Origin: Vermamoeba vermiformis
Lineage: Eukaryota
Reading direction: 5' to 3'
Length of the DNA: 64,000 nucleotides
Assembly: GCA_045837725.1 (NCBI GenBank)
Contig: JBEWZL010000077.1
Span: forward strand, 248,001-312,000
Of the stretch, positions 25,696 through 39,155 are shown in pieces; positions within the stretch are counted from its first letter, which is position 1; every line of letters begins with the position of its first letter. The translations under genes and the position numbers were made by a program. The notes below the pieces were generated by a model that did no database searches, was not told where the DNA came from, and saw only the letters and a list, made by a program, of their open reading frames with translations.

Positions 25696-25852
25696 TCTCG
25701 CGCTGTGACTAATTGGCCATTTGTTGCATTCAGTTCACGAGCACTGAACTCACAATATAGAACACTATATATTATAATAACACATAACAATAGGGTTATT
25801 TGTCGCTACACATCGTTGTTAATATTGTGGAGTAACGGATCGCGATCTGACG

Positions 25853-26341
25853 ATGGCGCGACGAGTTATTGAGAACGAGTATTTTTATTTGAAAGTCCGC
25901 TTGTAAGCGAAGCATATTCATTAATATTGTCACCATAATAGGCAAGTAATCACGAGCAAATAATAATTATTTTTATGCAGAGTTTCCAACGACAAAATTG
26001 ACGACTTGACGCCTGTATTATACAAGAATATTATAGTGACTTCTATGCGCACGCTCTTTGGTGTTGTGGGCACAGCACTCGAGGTAGATCTGCTCGCGCT
26101 GGATGCAGACAACGAAGCTATTCTGCGCGTACAAAAATCGTAAGGTACCTGTCACTCTAGAGCGCATATTAACGCTGAATATAGGGCACTGACAACACTA
26201 CGCGCAGCACTGACGTTTGTGTCCAGTTACGACCAACACGCGTGCAGATTTGACGTGCTCAAAGTCTCATCCACCCTGCACTCGCTCAACAACACGAGCA
26301 GACTCGATGCATTCGATGAATACGCGCCCCTAACACTGTAG
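25853..26341 (+). CDS. RPP14: RNase P/MRP subunit, Rpp14/Pop5 family, 3 exons (not in ORF track)
   Basis: Spliced in frame: YFYLKVRL..MRTLFGVVGTALEVDLL..AILRV..LRAALTFV..FDVLKVSSTLHSL. Confidence 0.75.
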
Positions 26342-26374
26342 TGCATGTACATATAAACAACGCTTTATTTACGC

Positions 26375-29300
26375 TTATGAGAGCTGCACGGGCCCCAACA
26401 GCGGTGCGACAGTGTTGGCTGGATGTAGCAGACTGGCCACACTCGCACCCGTCGAGGCACTCGGCACCGCACTGTTGCTGCACCACCGCGTCCAGAGCTC
26501 GCGATACACGCCCTCCAAGTGCTGCGTGAATGTGGCCCCGTCGCACAGATACGACTGCGCCATTTGTGCGCGCAATGTGCGACGAATCTCTTGCAGCTGC
26601 GCGACATCACTGGCGAGATTGATGGCAATCTTGATGTACTCGTCAATGTTGCGCGCAATGAACCGCTCGTGCCCCACTTGTGTCAGCAGTGACACGCCGA
26701 CATTGTGCGCGTGACAGGCATCGCCTTGCAAGGTGACTACTGGCACACCCATCCACAGCGCTTCACACGTGGTAGTAGTGCCTGCATAGGGCCAGGTGTC
26801 GAGTGAGAGGTCCACGAGTCCGTAGGCTGACAAGTGGTCGCGGTGCAGGGGCAGCAGACCCATCAGATCGATGCGCGTTGAGTCCACGCCACATCGTTCA
26901 AATATTTCCCAGAATTTTTTGCGCACTTTCTCGCTCACGAATGGCTTGCACTTGACTACGAGCCTCTGCATTGTGTTAGTTAGCGACAGATCATGCGACT
27001 AGCTGTGCTACTTACCGAATTAGGCACAGCTTTGATGATCTTAGCCCAAGTCTCACACACGTGCATGTTGATCTTGGCCAAGTTGTTGAAGGAGCCAAAG
27101 GTCACAAAACCGTTCTTCAAATAGGGCAGTGGTGGCACCTCGCCACTCTCGGGGGCAGGAGTGTAGCACAAGAAGCACTTGGGCAGTCGCACGAGCTGTT
27201 CAGTGAATTCTTGTCGCGTGTTGGGCGGGTCTACCAGGGCATCGGTCAAACGGTAGTCAATGCGTCGCATGCCCGTGGTGTTGGGATAGCCAATGTACCT
27301 GCAAATGACACGTGTCAGTCAACGTGTCAAAGAGTAACCTCCGCTCTACTCACGTGATCTGCACGGGCGCGGGTTTGAGAGCCATGACATCGAGTCTGTT
27401 GCCAGCAGTGTGGCCGGTGAGTTCAATCAGCAAGTCAATGCCGTCCTGTCGTATCATGTGTGCCACACTGCGCGCATCGAGACCGTACACTGCGCGCCAC
27501 TGATCGACGTAGGACTTGAGCCGCTCTGTCTTGTGATCTGGCTTGACGACATTCGAGTAACTAGCGCCGATCAGTCTACATGCGAGGTATATATATAGAG
27601 AGATGTGCTCGTACGTACCAGGTGATGTGATAGTGCTGCTTGTTGTAGTGCTTGAGAATGGCCTCGACAAAGTACGAGACGGAGTGGACAAAGAAGTCCG
27701 GACTCAAATAGCCAATTCTGATGCGGCGATCACTCGTGCGCGCATTGTCCCAGCTCGTGTAGGGCTCGTATTGGGCCTCAAAGCGATCGCCCCACTCGCG
27801 ATGGGCCTCGTACACTTTGTCGATGCGGAGATTTTCCAAATCTGGAAGCACGTGTTAGTGTCACTGATTGCCAAATTAGGCAATGAGCATACAGTTCATG
27901 GCGAGCAGGCGATTCTGTCCAGCATTGCGCGAGTTCGGCTGCATCTGCAAGCACTTGTCGTAGCAGGTGATGGCCTCTTGAATGTCGCACTCGTCGCGGT
28001 ACAGCACACCGAGGTTGTTGTACGCCTCCACGTAGTTGGGATTTTCACGAATGGCGGACTTGATCGCTGCATAGGCCTCTTCCAGCTACGATTGGGTCAG
28101 TACGCCACGAAGTGACACATCCCTATATGTACAAGCACGTACCTTGCCCTGCACGGTGTACACGACGCCGAGGTTGTTGAGTGTCTGACTGAACTTGGGA
28201 TTGATGCGCAGTGCAGCTTGATAGCACTCAATGGCCTTGCTGAGATTGTCGCGGTTCTTGTAGATGACACCGAGGTTGTTGTAGGCCACTGAGCACGCAG
28301 GATTGAAGTGAATGGACATCTCGTAGTGGTAGATGGCCTTGTCGAATTGACCGCGCTCACCGTGCGCGACACCGAGGTTGTAATAGGCATCGGAGTACTT
28401 GCTGTTGTAGATGAGTGCGCGCTTGTAGAGTCGGATTGCCTCTTTCACCTTGCCCTCGTTCTTGATCTTGGTGCCAATGTCCGTGTAGGCAATGGCCAGG
28501 TTGTGCTTGGCGATCTCAAAGTTCGGATTGATGTTCAGCGCCTTCTCGTAGTGTGCAATGGCCTCGTCGAGCTTGTCCATGTTCTTGTATATGACGCCAA
28601 TGTTGCAGTAGGCCTCGCAGTAGTACGGATTGAACTCGACGGCCTTGTTGTAGTAGAACAGTGCCTCGGGGTACTCATTCAACTCGCTGTGCACCACACC
28701 GAGGTTGTAGTAGGCAGGGGCGTACTTCTGATCGTAGGCCAGTGCCTCCATGTATTTGCTCATGCCCTCTTTGATGTTGCCTTCCATCTTCAAGTGCGTG
28801 CCCAGATCTGTCAGCGACACACTCAGATTCTCTTTTGCCGGGCCATATTCGCGGTCATAAAACAGTGCTTGCTTGTACATCGCTATCTGCATGGTACATA
28901 TATATAAATAAGTCCTATGGTTCAGCGACGAGTCAGCTACGTACTGCTTCGTTGAGTCGTTGCCCCTCTTTGTACATGGTACCGACTGTGGTCAATATGG
29001 AGGGGTCTGTGCTGTTCAATGATAGTGCTTTCCATATGACGCTGCTCGCCTCTGCATTATATATATTAGTACGTCTCGCTCGGGACGGAGATCGACGGTG
29101 GATCCAACCGATCCGCCCGATAAACTTCAAATAAAGCTCGATTTATCGTTTGTTGCTTAAGATAAGTAGCATTGTATGCCAACATTCTAGTTTTCTCGGT
29201 TTGAAAGTTATTGGCGCGCGGATCGACAGCTGAACTCACTAAATTTACCTTTAGTTTTACCGAGCAACTTCAAGCAGATGCCTTTGTGAACGAGTGCCTC

Positions 29301-29456
29301 TGTATTCGATTCTTCAATTGACAATATTTTGTCGTATACTCCTATCGCTTCTTGTATCTTATTGCGCGACTGATAGAGCTGTGACGTCAATTAAAGAAAA
29401 TAATCACAAAATTATTAATATTTTAACAACAAATCAATATTAACGTATTCTACCAT
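26375..29456 (-). CDS. SPY: SPINDLY-type protein O-fucosyltransferase (TPR repeats + GT41)
   Basis: Many TPRs (AYYNLGV, AYNNLGV), NAGQNRLLAMNY, RIGYLSPDFFVHSVSYF, ELTGHTAGNRL, VTFGSFNNLAK and DTWPYAGTTTTCEALWMGVPVV. The 5' exon is uncertain. Confidence 0.9.
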
Positions 29457-30038
29457 TATATAGGCCTAAATATTGTAGTAAAATAATATGTCAATATTAA
29501 TATGTATTGTCGGCCCCAGTAATTAAGACCGACATTTAATATAATTTCAATACCGCGCAATGAGCTCATTACGCATATAAATAAATTGTTAATAAGGATA
29601 CACTCGCTTTGTTCAGCAGTTCTTTGATAATAGGTTTGACAGGACTCTTCGGAGTGCTCGCGATCAGACCGTTCAGATCTGTTCGCGGAACTAAATTCCT
29701 CAAGTGCTGATTGGGGTCCATTAATAACTGCCAATGCTCCGAGGTGAGTTGTTGTTGATTTCACAAGCACGATCCAAATAGTCATTCATGAACGCCGGTG
29801 CAATTTTTGCGAGTCACGACGAACATCACGCGCAAAAGAATTGAGCGAACAACGATGGATTTATTTAATATGTAAGTGGTGCAATTAACCCTACAATGCG
29901 AGGTCATAATATTTCTGAGTGTACTGTTGGGCTGCATCGAATCCACTCGTACCTGAGAGGTAGATGTGACTTCACACTGCACGCATCGAGACTCAAGTGC
30001 AGTGCCGTGAATGTGCTGCGACTACATGCCTGCGTGTC

Positions 30039-33000
30039 CTAGAAGGGCTGCGTGCTGAGCTGTTGCGTGAGTGAGTCGGGCTGTGTCTTGGCCCCGACAG
30101 TGCTCTGCGAGTGCAGCGGATCATCCACAAAGTCACTCACTTGCGACAGACCTTCGAACAGGTACGGTGCGCGCTCAGAGTCCTGCGTCTGATCGAGGGC
30201 TTGCGTGAAGGGTGCTTGACTGAATGAGCCGCTCGACACATCGTCGCGCACGTTGTTGTTGTTGTGGCGCACGTGATCTTCGCGTCGTTCACGGCGTGGT
30301 GCGCGATCAGGACGATCACGTGGCACACGACGTGGACCGCGCGAGACATTGGTGCTGTTGGGACTGACTGCGGGCACGGGCAGCGACAGATCATTGCTGA
30401 CAGGGTGCAGTGGCATGCCTTGACTCTGATGGGCCTGATGGAAGTGCGACTGCGACTGATAGCTCGGATGATTGCTGTGGTACGTGAAGTTCTTGCGCGG
30501 CTTCTCGAGCTGCATCAGTGCGGGCTTGAGATTGTTGAGCGGACCATCCACGAGCGAGCTCTTCTCCTTGAAGTACTGCAGCAGATTGTGCCACAGTGGT
30601 TGCGTGGACAAGACGCGCGGATTGCCAATCAGCACGAGACCGTAGCGAGCACGCGTGAGTGCAACGTTGAGACGACGCGGATCATTCAAGAAACCCACTC
30701 CGAGCTTGCTGTTGGAGCGCACACACGACAGGATGATGAAGTCCTTCTCGCGCCCTTGGAACGAGTCCACTGAGGCGACTTCAATGTCCTCGTACAAGTC
30801 ACTCGCCAGCGAGCCGTTGCGGCGCATGTACGAGACAATGTACGCGCGCTGACCCTCGTAGGGTGTGATGACACCAATCTGCTGCGGACTCGCGCCGGAC
30901 TTCAAGAAGGCAGTGACAATCTTCTCGCAGGCGTGCACTTCAGCACGATTCAGATACGACGTGCCACTCGCGGAGATTTCCTCCTGACCAATGCACGCGT
31001 AGAAGAACATGGGCTTGTCCATCACAGGCCAGGGGAACTTGATGGTCTTCAAGAGCCGATCGTTGATGGACACACCGTTCTGCAGTGTGCCCTCGTAGAA
31101 GGTGTTCGAGGGCCACTCGCTGAGACACGGGTGCATGCGATATTGGACCTGCAAACGAATGGGCTTCAATGAGGTGTCGTTGAGCGACAACAAGACCAAG
31201 CGTTCAAAGAGTGATTGGCTGAGTCCTGCTTTGGCTGCTTGTTTGCACATGATGACTGGTCCGAGCTGACAGTGATCGCCAATGAACTGAACTGCAGTTA
31301 GCACGCTGCACAGACATCATGGTTCAGCGAGTACGTACCACGACTTGTTTGGCACCGAGCACGAGGGGGATCAGCACTTCAGGCTCCGTGGCTTGTGTCG
31401 ACTCGTCCACCAGCACTTGTTTGAATCGCAAGTTGCTCAAGCGCGGATCACCAGCACCCACACAGGTCGTGCAGATGACGTGCGCTGCTTTCAATATCTC
31501 GCGCTCAGCACTGCGCTTGAGGGACTTGTAGCGCTTCTCGTCTTGTGCTGAGAGCTCACCTTGATCGTCCTTCAATTGTTGCCTGCACGCGATGAGTTAG
31601 TCGCACTGACATTTGATATCACAGCATTAGCTTACAGTTTTTGCAGCTCAGTGGAGGTGTCCAATCGCTTGACTTGCCAGTGCAGTGTCAAGAACTCAAC
31701 GGGAGAGCTGACTGCCTCGCGACTCTTGGCACACAAGCGCACCACTTTGAGACCAGTCGCGTGAATCTTTTCCGTCAATTGATCCACTGCCACGTTGCTC
31801 GGAGCACACACGAGCACTTGTCCGCGGCCTTTGTTCTGCTTGACGAGGTGAAACACGACAGCTGCGGAGGTGACAGTCTTGCCCGTGCCTGGCGGTCCTT
31901 GAATGAGCGAGAGTGGCTTGCTGAGCACGGCTTTGACGGCTTCAATCTGACTGTGATTCAGCTCTGGCAGACCTGGCGCTGAGAATCGCTTTGGCATCGG
32001 CACGCGGAACTTCTTCTCGGCGACGTCGTGTCCGAGTATCTTGTGGTAGAGATAGGCACTCATGGCACTCTCTTCCGCTGCAAATATTTGCATTGCTTTA
32101 GTCATGCGATCAAAACTGGTGCTCTTCCAGACAAAGTCAATGCTGAACGGATACGACACGTCCACAGGTGCGCCTTGACTGCTGCGGAGCTCCAGCGCCA
32201 CCTCTTCGTTCTGCACAATGTTCAGCTTGATCACGTGACCGACACTCTGCCATGCAGGACGCATCGAATCACCTGCATAGCGCAGTCGCAGTTCATCGCC
32301 GGGCACGAGTCTGAGATCCGCATCGACGCGCTGAAATGAGAACCAAGCAATGCGCTTCTTGTTGAGTCCAATGTCCCAGCGCACAGAGATGTTGTCCTGC
32401 GTCTGCGACTCTTTCATCACCTTGTCGTAGTCTGCTTCGAGCTTCACGAGCGGCGTGTAGATGCTCTTGTACTGATACGCATCTTCGTACGCTGATTGCA
32501 CGGGCTGTGCCTCTTCGTCGGTGGTGTTCTGCTTCAAGTCCTCGGGGCCTGCATCGGGCTTGCTCTTCCACACCTCTTCCAGCTTGTTGATCTGCTGCGT
32601 GGTGACTTGACGCGCACGTTGTTGTTCGTGTTCGGAGGGCACTTTGACGAGCCAAGGCAAGAAGGCCTGGTCCTCAATGAGTGGCTGCCACTGCGTCATG
32701 TCCCAGTCCATGCCTTTAATCGCGCCTGAACTGCACTCGCGACACAGCAGCACCACGACAGATTCGGACTTGGCGGGAATAAAACCAAGACCAAACACAT
32801 TTCTAGTGCCACAATTATAGCACTCTAATATAGTCTCGCCAAGGGGTGAGTCCTTGTGCAGACTAACTTCTTTGTGCTTCGTGCGAACCAGATGGTAGAT
32901 GATGTGGGCACCAGCAGTGTGTCCGCGACCATTGCAGAACCATTTTTGACAATTAGGAAAATTGCATCGTACTACGCAGGCGGGATTGTGAATACCGCAG

Positions 33001-33408
33001 TATCTAAAGCAAACACGCGATAAGAATGGAGAAAATAATAATAATAATTATTAAAAATAAATTAAAAATGCTACGATCACCGCACCTGCAAGCATGTTCA
33101 GGGAGCTCTTGAATTCTGTCGAAATTTTCATCGTCGTCAAAATTCTCTTCGAAATTAAGTTCAGCGGTCGCCGAAGCTAGATCAGTGAGAGTTGCATCGG
33201 TAACAGATCTAGTATCAGCGTGCCAGTTCTGAGAGTGTTGCGATGTGAAATCGTCCACTTCTGAGCCTTGTGTATTGAAATCGAGAAAGTTGTAATCCGA
33301 TTGACTTTCATCAGGCTGCACAAAGTAGTCCATATCAGAGCGAGCAGTGCTCTGACTGACCTGCGAGAATGCCTGTGAGCTCGGGCGATTGCTGAACCTC
33401 TTGCTCAT
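30039..33408 (-). CDS. UPF1: Regulator of nonsense transcripts 1 (UPF1 SF1 helicase)
   Basis: CH zinc domain ([19 protein letters not shown]), [45 protein letters not shown] and [10 protein letters not shown]. Confidence 0.97.
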
Positions 33409-33598
33409 CTGTGTGCGGCCTTCAAAAGTGCGAATACAATGACTGCCCCGGTGCGCGTGTAAATTTACCAGCTGAGAACACGTGGCCAAACAGTCAACAC
33501 GAACATTAACTAGGGTGCTGCAATGTGAAGTATAATACAAGTGCGATGAGGTTTAATGCGTGCGTATACAAGCTTCAGACAACATGCATGAAGGTCAC

Positions 33599-34713
33599 TT
33601 AAGTCCACTTCATGTTCATGCCCACAAACTGCTTGTTCGTCGTGTCTTCAATCGGCATGGCATCCACGGCATTGTAGCCGTCCCCTGTGTACCCTGACTC
33701 TGAATAGCCAGACTCGACGTGCATGGCGGGGAACAGATCCTCTTTGCGATAACACTTGGCGGAGAACGGGTCCGTGAAGTCAATCATGTGCAGCAAGAAC
33801 GGTCCATCGCGCTTCGAGTCGTACAATCGTGCGCGCAGACTGTTCACATCGCGCAGCTCATCGAACTTCCAGTGCGTCTTTTTGATCTTGCCCTCGTGCA
33901 CGTAGTCCACGGCCAGTCCACCCTTGCTGCTGAAGCGCAACAAGAAGGCACCAATCACACCAATGCGCGCCTTCAACATCTTCTCGGAGAGATTGCTGCT
34001 CACAAAGCCGTGAATGCGCACTGGTGCTGGTATGTCCCATGCGTCCCATAGCTGCAGCGCGGTGTCAGTACGCGAAACAAGAGCACATCTGTAACGGACA
34101 GTACATACCCTGTCAATCAATCGCCAGCAGTGAATAAATGAGAAATTGTCGTCTGATTGGTCCCAAAAGAATTTCAAAAAGCTCTCGCGATCAATAATTA
34201 AGTTGTTGATGTATTCAATGTCTCGGTTACCAAAGGCTTTGTCAAATTCAGTCGAGCCTCGTGCAAATCCTAACCGAGCGCAGTCGAATTAGTATAGTCA
34301 TCACATATACGGACTAGTGACGTACCGAATGCAGCAACAGCAGTTAAGTAAGCAAGACTGGCAATATCAAGCGGACGACGGCACTCTCGTCGTTGACTGG
34401 CTGAAATTAAGTAGTGATAATAATACTGCAAATATACTTTCAAGTGAGTGCCTAATACACCTCTTTTGACTCCCTAAAATTATGAAATAATTATTGTAAT
34501 AATTTCTAAAAAATGGTAATATTATTCAATTAATACCTCTCCTTTGACCATTAGTGCCCAAACAATTGGCCCATGTTGTCTGCAATCAGGGAGGTCTTTG
34601 AATACGTCAATGAATACTTTTACAACTTGCGGATTGAATGCGCTGCTGGCTTGTAAAAGGTTGAATATGGTCTGTCGCGACAAAGTAAATTTATCTTCGA
34701 GTTGTGCATCCAT
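33599..34713 (-). CDS. Small SH2-domain protein (STAT-like linker-SH2)
   Basis: LW..IHGFVS...SEKML....GAFLLRFSSKGGLAVDYV. Several upstream exons have GT-AG boundaries. Confidence 0.72.
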
Positions 34714-35104
34714 TATTTGCTATTTTTAATCCCAGACGGTGATAAACAATGTCTCTTGTGTCGCAAGCAATTTCGTGGATTTGGAACTGACCTGTTTTCA
34801 CAAGGCGGGAATCTTTTGGTGAACACGTGGCTGTCCCTCTTTTTGCGAACAAGGAATACACCTTACTGTAAGTGTCATATGCACCTTAGGTGATAAAAGG
34901 GCCGAATAATATGAGCGCAAGGCACGGATCCCCGTAACTTAAGGCTACATTAGTGACATTGGAGAAGATACATCGACAGGTCAATACACTGCTCATGATA
35001 AGCACTCATGCTTACGAATATGATAGTGTTAGTATTGAGGTGCGGTAACTTTCCTTGTTGTTTTCGTGTTTTATTATTTGTAATCTATTTCGCAACGCCA
35101 CACA

Positions 35105-35938
35105 ATGGTAATGGACTCAATATATCACCATGCACTACATTAAATAGTATACTAATACGAGTGCATTTATAGAGCTCTGGCAAGTTAATTTTGGTTATTG
35201 GTGACTTCCATATTCCTCACCGAGCAAACGATTTGCCCAAAGAATTTAAAGAACTATTGGTAATTATTAATTATTGGACTACTATGGACGAGCTATTCAC
35301 AGTAATATTTATTAATTTTTCTGTTTTACTGTAGGTGCCAAACAAAATCCACCACATATTATGCACTGGAAATTTATGCACTAAAGAAACATACGATTAT
35401 TTAAAGACGATTGCGCCCGATATTCACGTCGTTAAAGGAGATTTTGATGAGGTAATTGGCTTATTATTTTTCGCCCCAAACTTGCGCAGATCTGACTCAG
35501 TCCTCAACGATCTTTCAAACGTTACAAAAGTATTAATGCGTGCCTATTATTAATCATTACTAGAACACTACATATCCGGACGAGAAAGTCATCACGATCG
35601 GTTCGTTCAAGTTCGGTCTTACACACGGTCACCAGATCGTGCCCTGGGGCGACAAAGAAGCACTTGCCATGCTACAACGTCGCTTGGACTGCGATGTGCT
35701 GATCACTGGCCACACACACGACTTCAAGGCCTTTGAATACGACGACAAGTTCTTCATCAATCCCGGCTCAGCGACAGGTGCCTATTACTCGGCCGTGAGT
35801 GCAGTGGGCAGTGTTGCACCGAGCTTTGTGCTGATGGACGTGCAAGAGAACTTGATCGTGTCGTACATCTATCAACTCACGGAAGAGGGACTGCAGATCA
35901 AGAAGATTGACTACAAGAAGCCTGGCAGCGAGCTGTGA
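35105..35938 (+). CDS. VPS29: Retromer subunit VPS29
   Basis: [52 protein letters not shown] and [10 protein letters not shown]. The first exon codes only the ATG. Confidence 0.96.
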
Positions 35939-36051
35939 GCTGTGAGCACTGTAGTAGCGTACATTAATATAAATTGCACTCTAGTCTTCTATACAAAGCT
36001 CTTTATTTGGCAGTCAAGACAATATTATAGTAGTGGTAGCATTATAGTGCG

Positions 36052-36511
36052 TTACACTCGTTCTAAAGGCTCCATCATCACCACACTGTTGCCGCGAATG
36101 ACCTGCGAACACAACATTAGTATTATGTACAATACACAGGACGTATTAGTTCATTGCGTACCACCATGCCAATCTCGTTCTTTTCATTGGCTGAGACCTC
36201 CTCGACTGACTGATCCAAAACGATGTTCATGTATTGGTCAAATCCACGCAAAACACCGACGACTTTTCTGTTGCCATTAAGTTTGACTATAAAAACGATT
36301 AATTATAAAGAGTCACCAGTAGAAAATCAAGATCATTTTTCGTGTATAATAAATAATTATTATCGCCAATATTTTGTAATCAAAGCCACTTACGTGCCAA
36401 GCGCTTGTCCATGTATCTAATAAAACAAATGATATTTAGAACACGTTAAAAAAATTATACGCCAAACATAGCCACTTACTTGCGCATATCTGGTAAACTA
36501 GCCTTGCTCAT
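36052..36511 (-). CDS. SNRPG: Small nuclear ribonucleoprotein G (SmG), 4 exons (not in ORF track)
   Basis: Spliced: [76 protein letters not shown]. Confidence 0.95.
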
Positions 36512-36760
36512 TATCGTATTGTGTATATATCAATGAATTATTGATACTCAAGAAATTAACTAGAACAACAACGAGTGTTTGTTGATGTTCAAAGAGAAAA
36601 AGATAAGCGAAGGCAACGCGCACCAAATTTTAAACCACGGCTCCGGAGTCGATCGCGCTGAGAATCGTAATTGTTAACACACAGCGCTGAGAGTGCCACG
36701 TATACGGGCGTATATCAGCGGAAAGACAAGACTAAATCTAATTGGAGTTTTAATGTACAG

Positions 36761-37405
36761 TCAATAATCAGCAGCACCACTATTGTGTCCATACAGCCCC
36801 AGTGAGAGCACACGCAACACTCGTTGCACTGCATGGCACGCAGTGTGGTTCAAAGGAGTGTCTTGCACCGTGCACAGCAGGCTTAGGGACACGAGTACCG
36901 CTAGCAACAGTGGCACCAAATACCCAAATATTCTCCAACGTTGAGGGTAAGATGTTGGAAGCTTCGCCTTGTTCTCGTTAGAGATAGTATTGAAGGTTTT
37001 ATTGCTAATATTTTTTGTTGTTTGTTGCGGATTTATGTACTGTGGCTGTGTTGCTTCAACATTTTGCTCTAATAATTGGCATTAATAATAGAATAAAAAT
37101 TATAGAATTTATGGAACCTTCTGCGCTGCTGGATTCGAAGCTTTCGTCCAGCTGATCCTCAATTCCCTCAAACTCGTCATCCGAACCTGGTTCCTTGAGA
37201 ATATGCGTTTCGTACAGCTTTATGTAATACTATAGCGAGGAATTAAAGTGTTGTTGGAGGCTAGCTACAGGAAGGAGAGAGACCCACCTACCTCTTTTGG
37301 CTGATCCTTAACGTGCGGTATTATTACACCATTAGCAGACAACAGCGATTTGAGCTTGCTAATTGGCAGCTTTTTATAAGTTGTGTCATCGCGTGCGGTT
37401 GACAT
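36761..37405 (-). CDS. Small LEM-like/HeH-domain single-pass membrane protein (not in ORF track)
   Basis: Spliced: YKKLPISKLKSLLSANGVIIPHVKDQPKE-YYIKLYETHI (LEM-like/HeH pattern), an acidic linker, then hydrophobic IFGYLVPLLLAVLVSLSLLC. The 3' end is uncertain. Confidence 0.65.
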
Positions 37406-37993
37406 TTGTTAAACAAACATGTCACAATGATTCAAGATGGGTTGCAACAAACGCAAAGTACACCGAAAGAAAGAACCTTGATGAACCTGATTCTTGCCAC
37501 CTTGGTCCATGGACCATGATTACGCAAAAAAAGTTAGGAGATTTGCAAAAGATCAGCACCAAGAACGTAAAAAAAGGAGGCGTTGTTTATCCTCGAACCA
37601 ATTATGATTAATATTCCCTCGATATTCAGTCGGTGCTCTTACGTATTTATAGTCGTTCAAGGAATACCTTATCAACTTTATCTTTCCAATAACGACCCAC
37701 GTGTTTTTCGTATTTTTTTGCCGAGTACGAAAAAAAATCACAAACAAATCTCGCTAAGGAAAAAAACTGACCAATAGCGAAGCGGCGTAAAGCAGAAAGA
37801 TAGAAATTTCATGTGACGAACAAAAATTGAGAGACTAAAAATAGCACGTCTATATTTATCAATTTCCTCCCTAAACGCGTTATAAAAATCATTTCGGCCT
37901 CTGTTTTGTTTATCTCAAAGGAACGACAAACAACTTGAGGGGACTAACTTTCAAACAACAAACCCTTCTATTTCATTCATACAAGCTGTAATC

Positions 37994-38966
37994 ATGTATG
38001 GCAACAAGTATCCTGCCTTCTTCTCCTTTGCTGATCCAGTCGGCAACGATTCTGGCTTTGACTTCTTCACTGGAGGAGATGATAACATTCAATTGCACTA
38101 CAATTCATACTTCCCCAGCGATTCTGGTTTTGGCCTTGATCCAAAGGAGTTGCACGGTGTCGATCCTCTCAAATACGAACAAGTTGATTTTATGGACGTG
38201 GAAGAGGAAATGATGATGATGCGACCTCCTTCTTCTCGATTTGATGACGACGATATGTTCGAGGACGACAATTACAACTCTGATGCGGAGGAAGACGAAC
38301 GAGATGTTTCGAACGACGATATGGAAACCAACGAAGACGACGATGAAGAGGAGCTTTCTGACCAATCAAGTAAGTATTTACGAAACTTTCGATTATCGCT
38401 ACGCTCGTTCCACGCCACGTCTCCAGTCACAAATTAATTTTATTTTGGTTTGGGAGGCGTGGGTGAAAATCTCCCACAATTGAGATTTATAACTGCTTTA
38501 TTATCGCTTTCTAGCTCGTATCTAACCCGATTTCATAGGCCGTTCAAACACTGTTAATAGCTCAGCAGTATTGCCCGCTTCAAAAACACCAATTTTGGAT
38601 GCCACCGCCTTTTGCGCTGAATTGAAGATTGGAGCTGAACGAGACGCTGACCCTGAATCAATTAGAATCACCGATTTCAACACATTCATTTCTCAATTGA
38701 AAGTTTACTGCCCGAAGCAACACCAAACCCAAAACGACGAGGCGCGCATTAAAGCCCTTCGCCGCTGGTTTGACGGTATTCCCAACAAAAAGAAACGAAA
38801 GGAATCATTTGTCATCAAAATGAAGCCTGAAAAGAAGAACAAGATTTTAGTGTGCTTCAAAAAGATTCAGAAGTTTGTTCGTGAACAAGGAGCCAGTCCA
38901 CGCGAATCAAATGTGCCTACCAATCAAATGCACTTCGCGCAACAAGCACTTGTCTCGTACTCATAA
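37994..38966 (+). CDS. Hypothetical protein with acidic N-terminal half and basic C-terminal domain, 2 exons
   Basis: ORFs 37994-38437 and 38571-38966 are joined in frame by a GTAAGT..CATAG intron (~38370-38538). No family recognised. Confidence 0.65.
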
Positions 38967-39122
38967 TCACTGGTGATTGCGCAGTCAGTCATCTTATCGG
39001 CTCTGGCCACCAATTTTGTGTCAAATAATGTAAATAGTGTACTATAGTAAACCTCGTTTCCCCGGATATCTCGCCCAATTGTTTTAAGCACACATTTACT
39101 TTGTTATTAATGCGAAGCGGCT

Positions 39123-39155
39123 GTTAGCCGTAAAGGCTTAAAATAGATCGATAAA
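39123..39155 (+). repeat. Left copy of 33-bp direct repeat bounding the desaturase/oxygenase island
   Basis: GTTAGCCGTAAAGGCTTAAAATAGATCGATAAA; 30/33 identical to 48070-48102. Confidence 0.9.

Noticed and set aside
29456-29785. 109-aa minus-strand ORF upstream of SPY as a separate gene
   Set aside because: No recognisable domain; it may be a 5' exon or UTR of SPY and cannot be resolved without transcripts.
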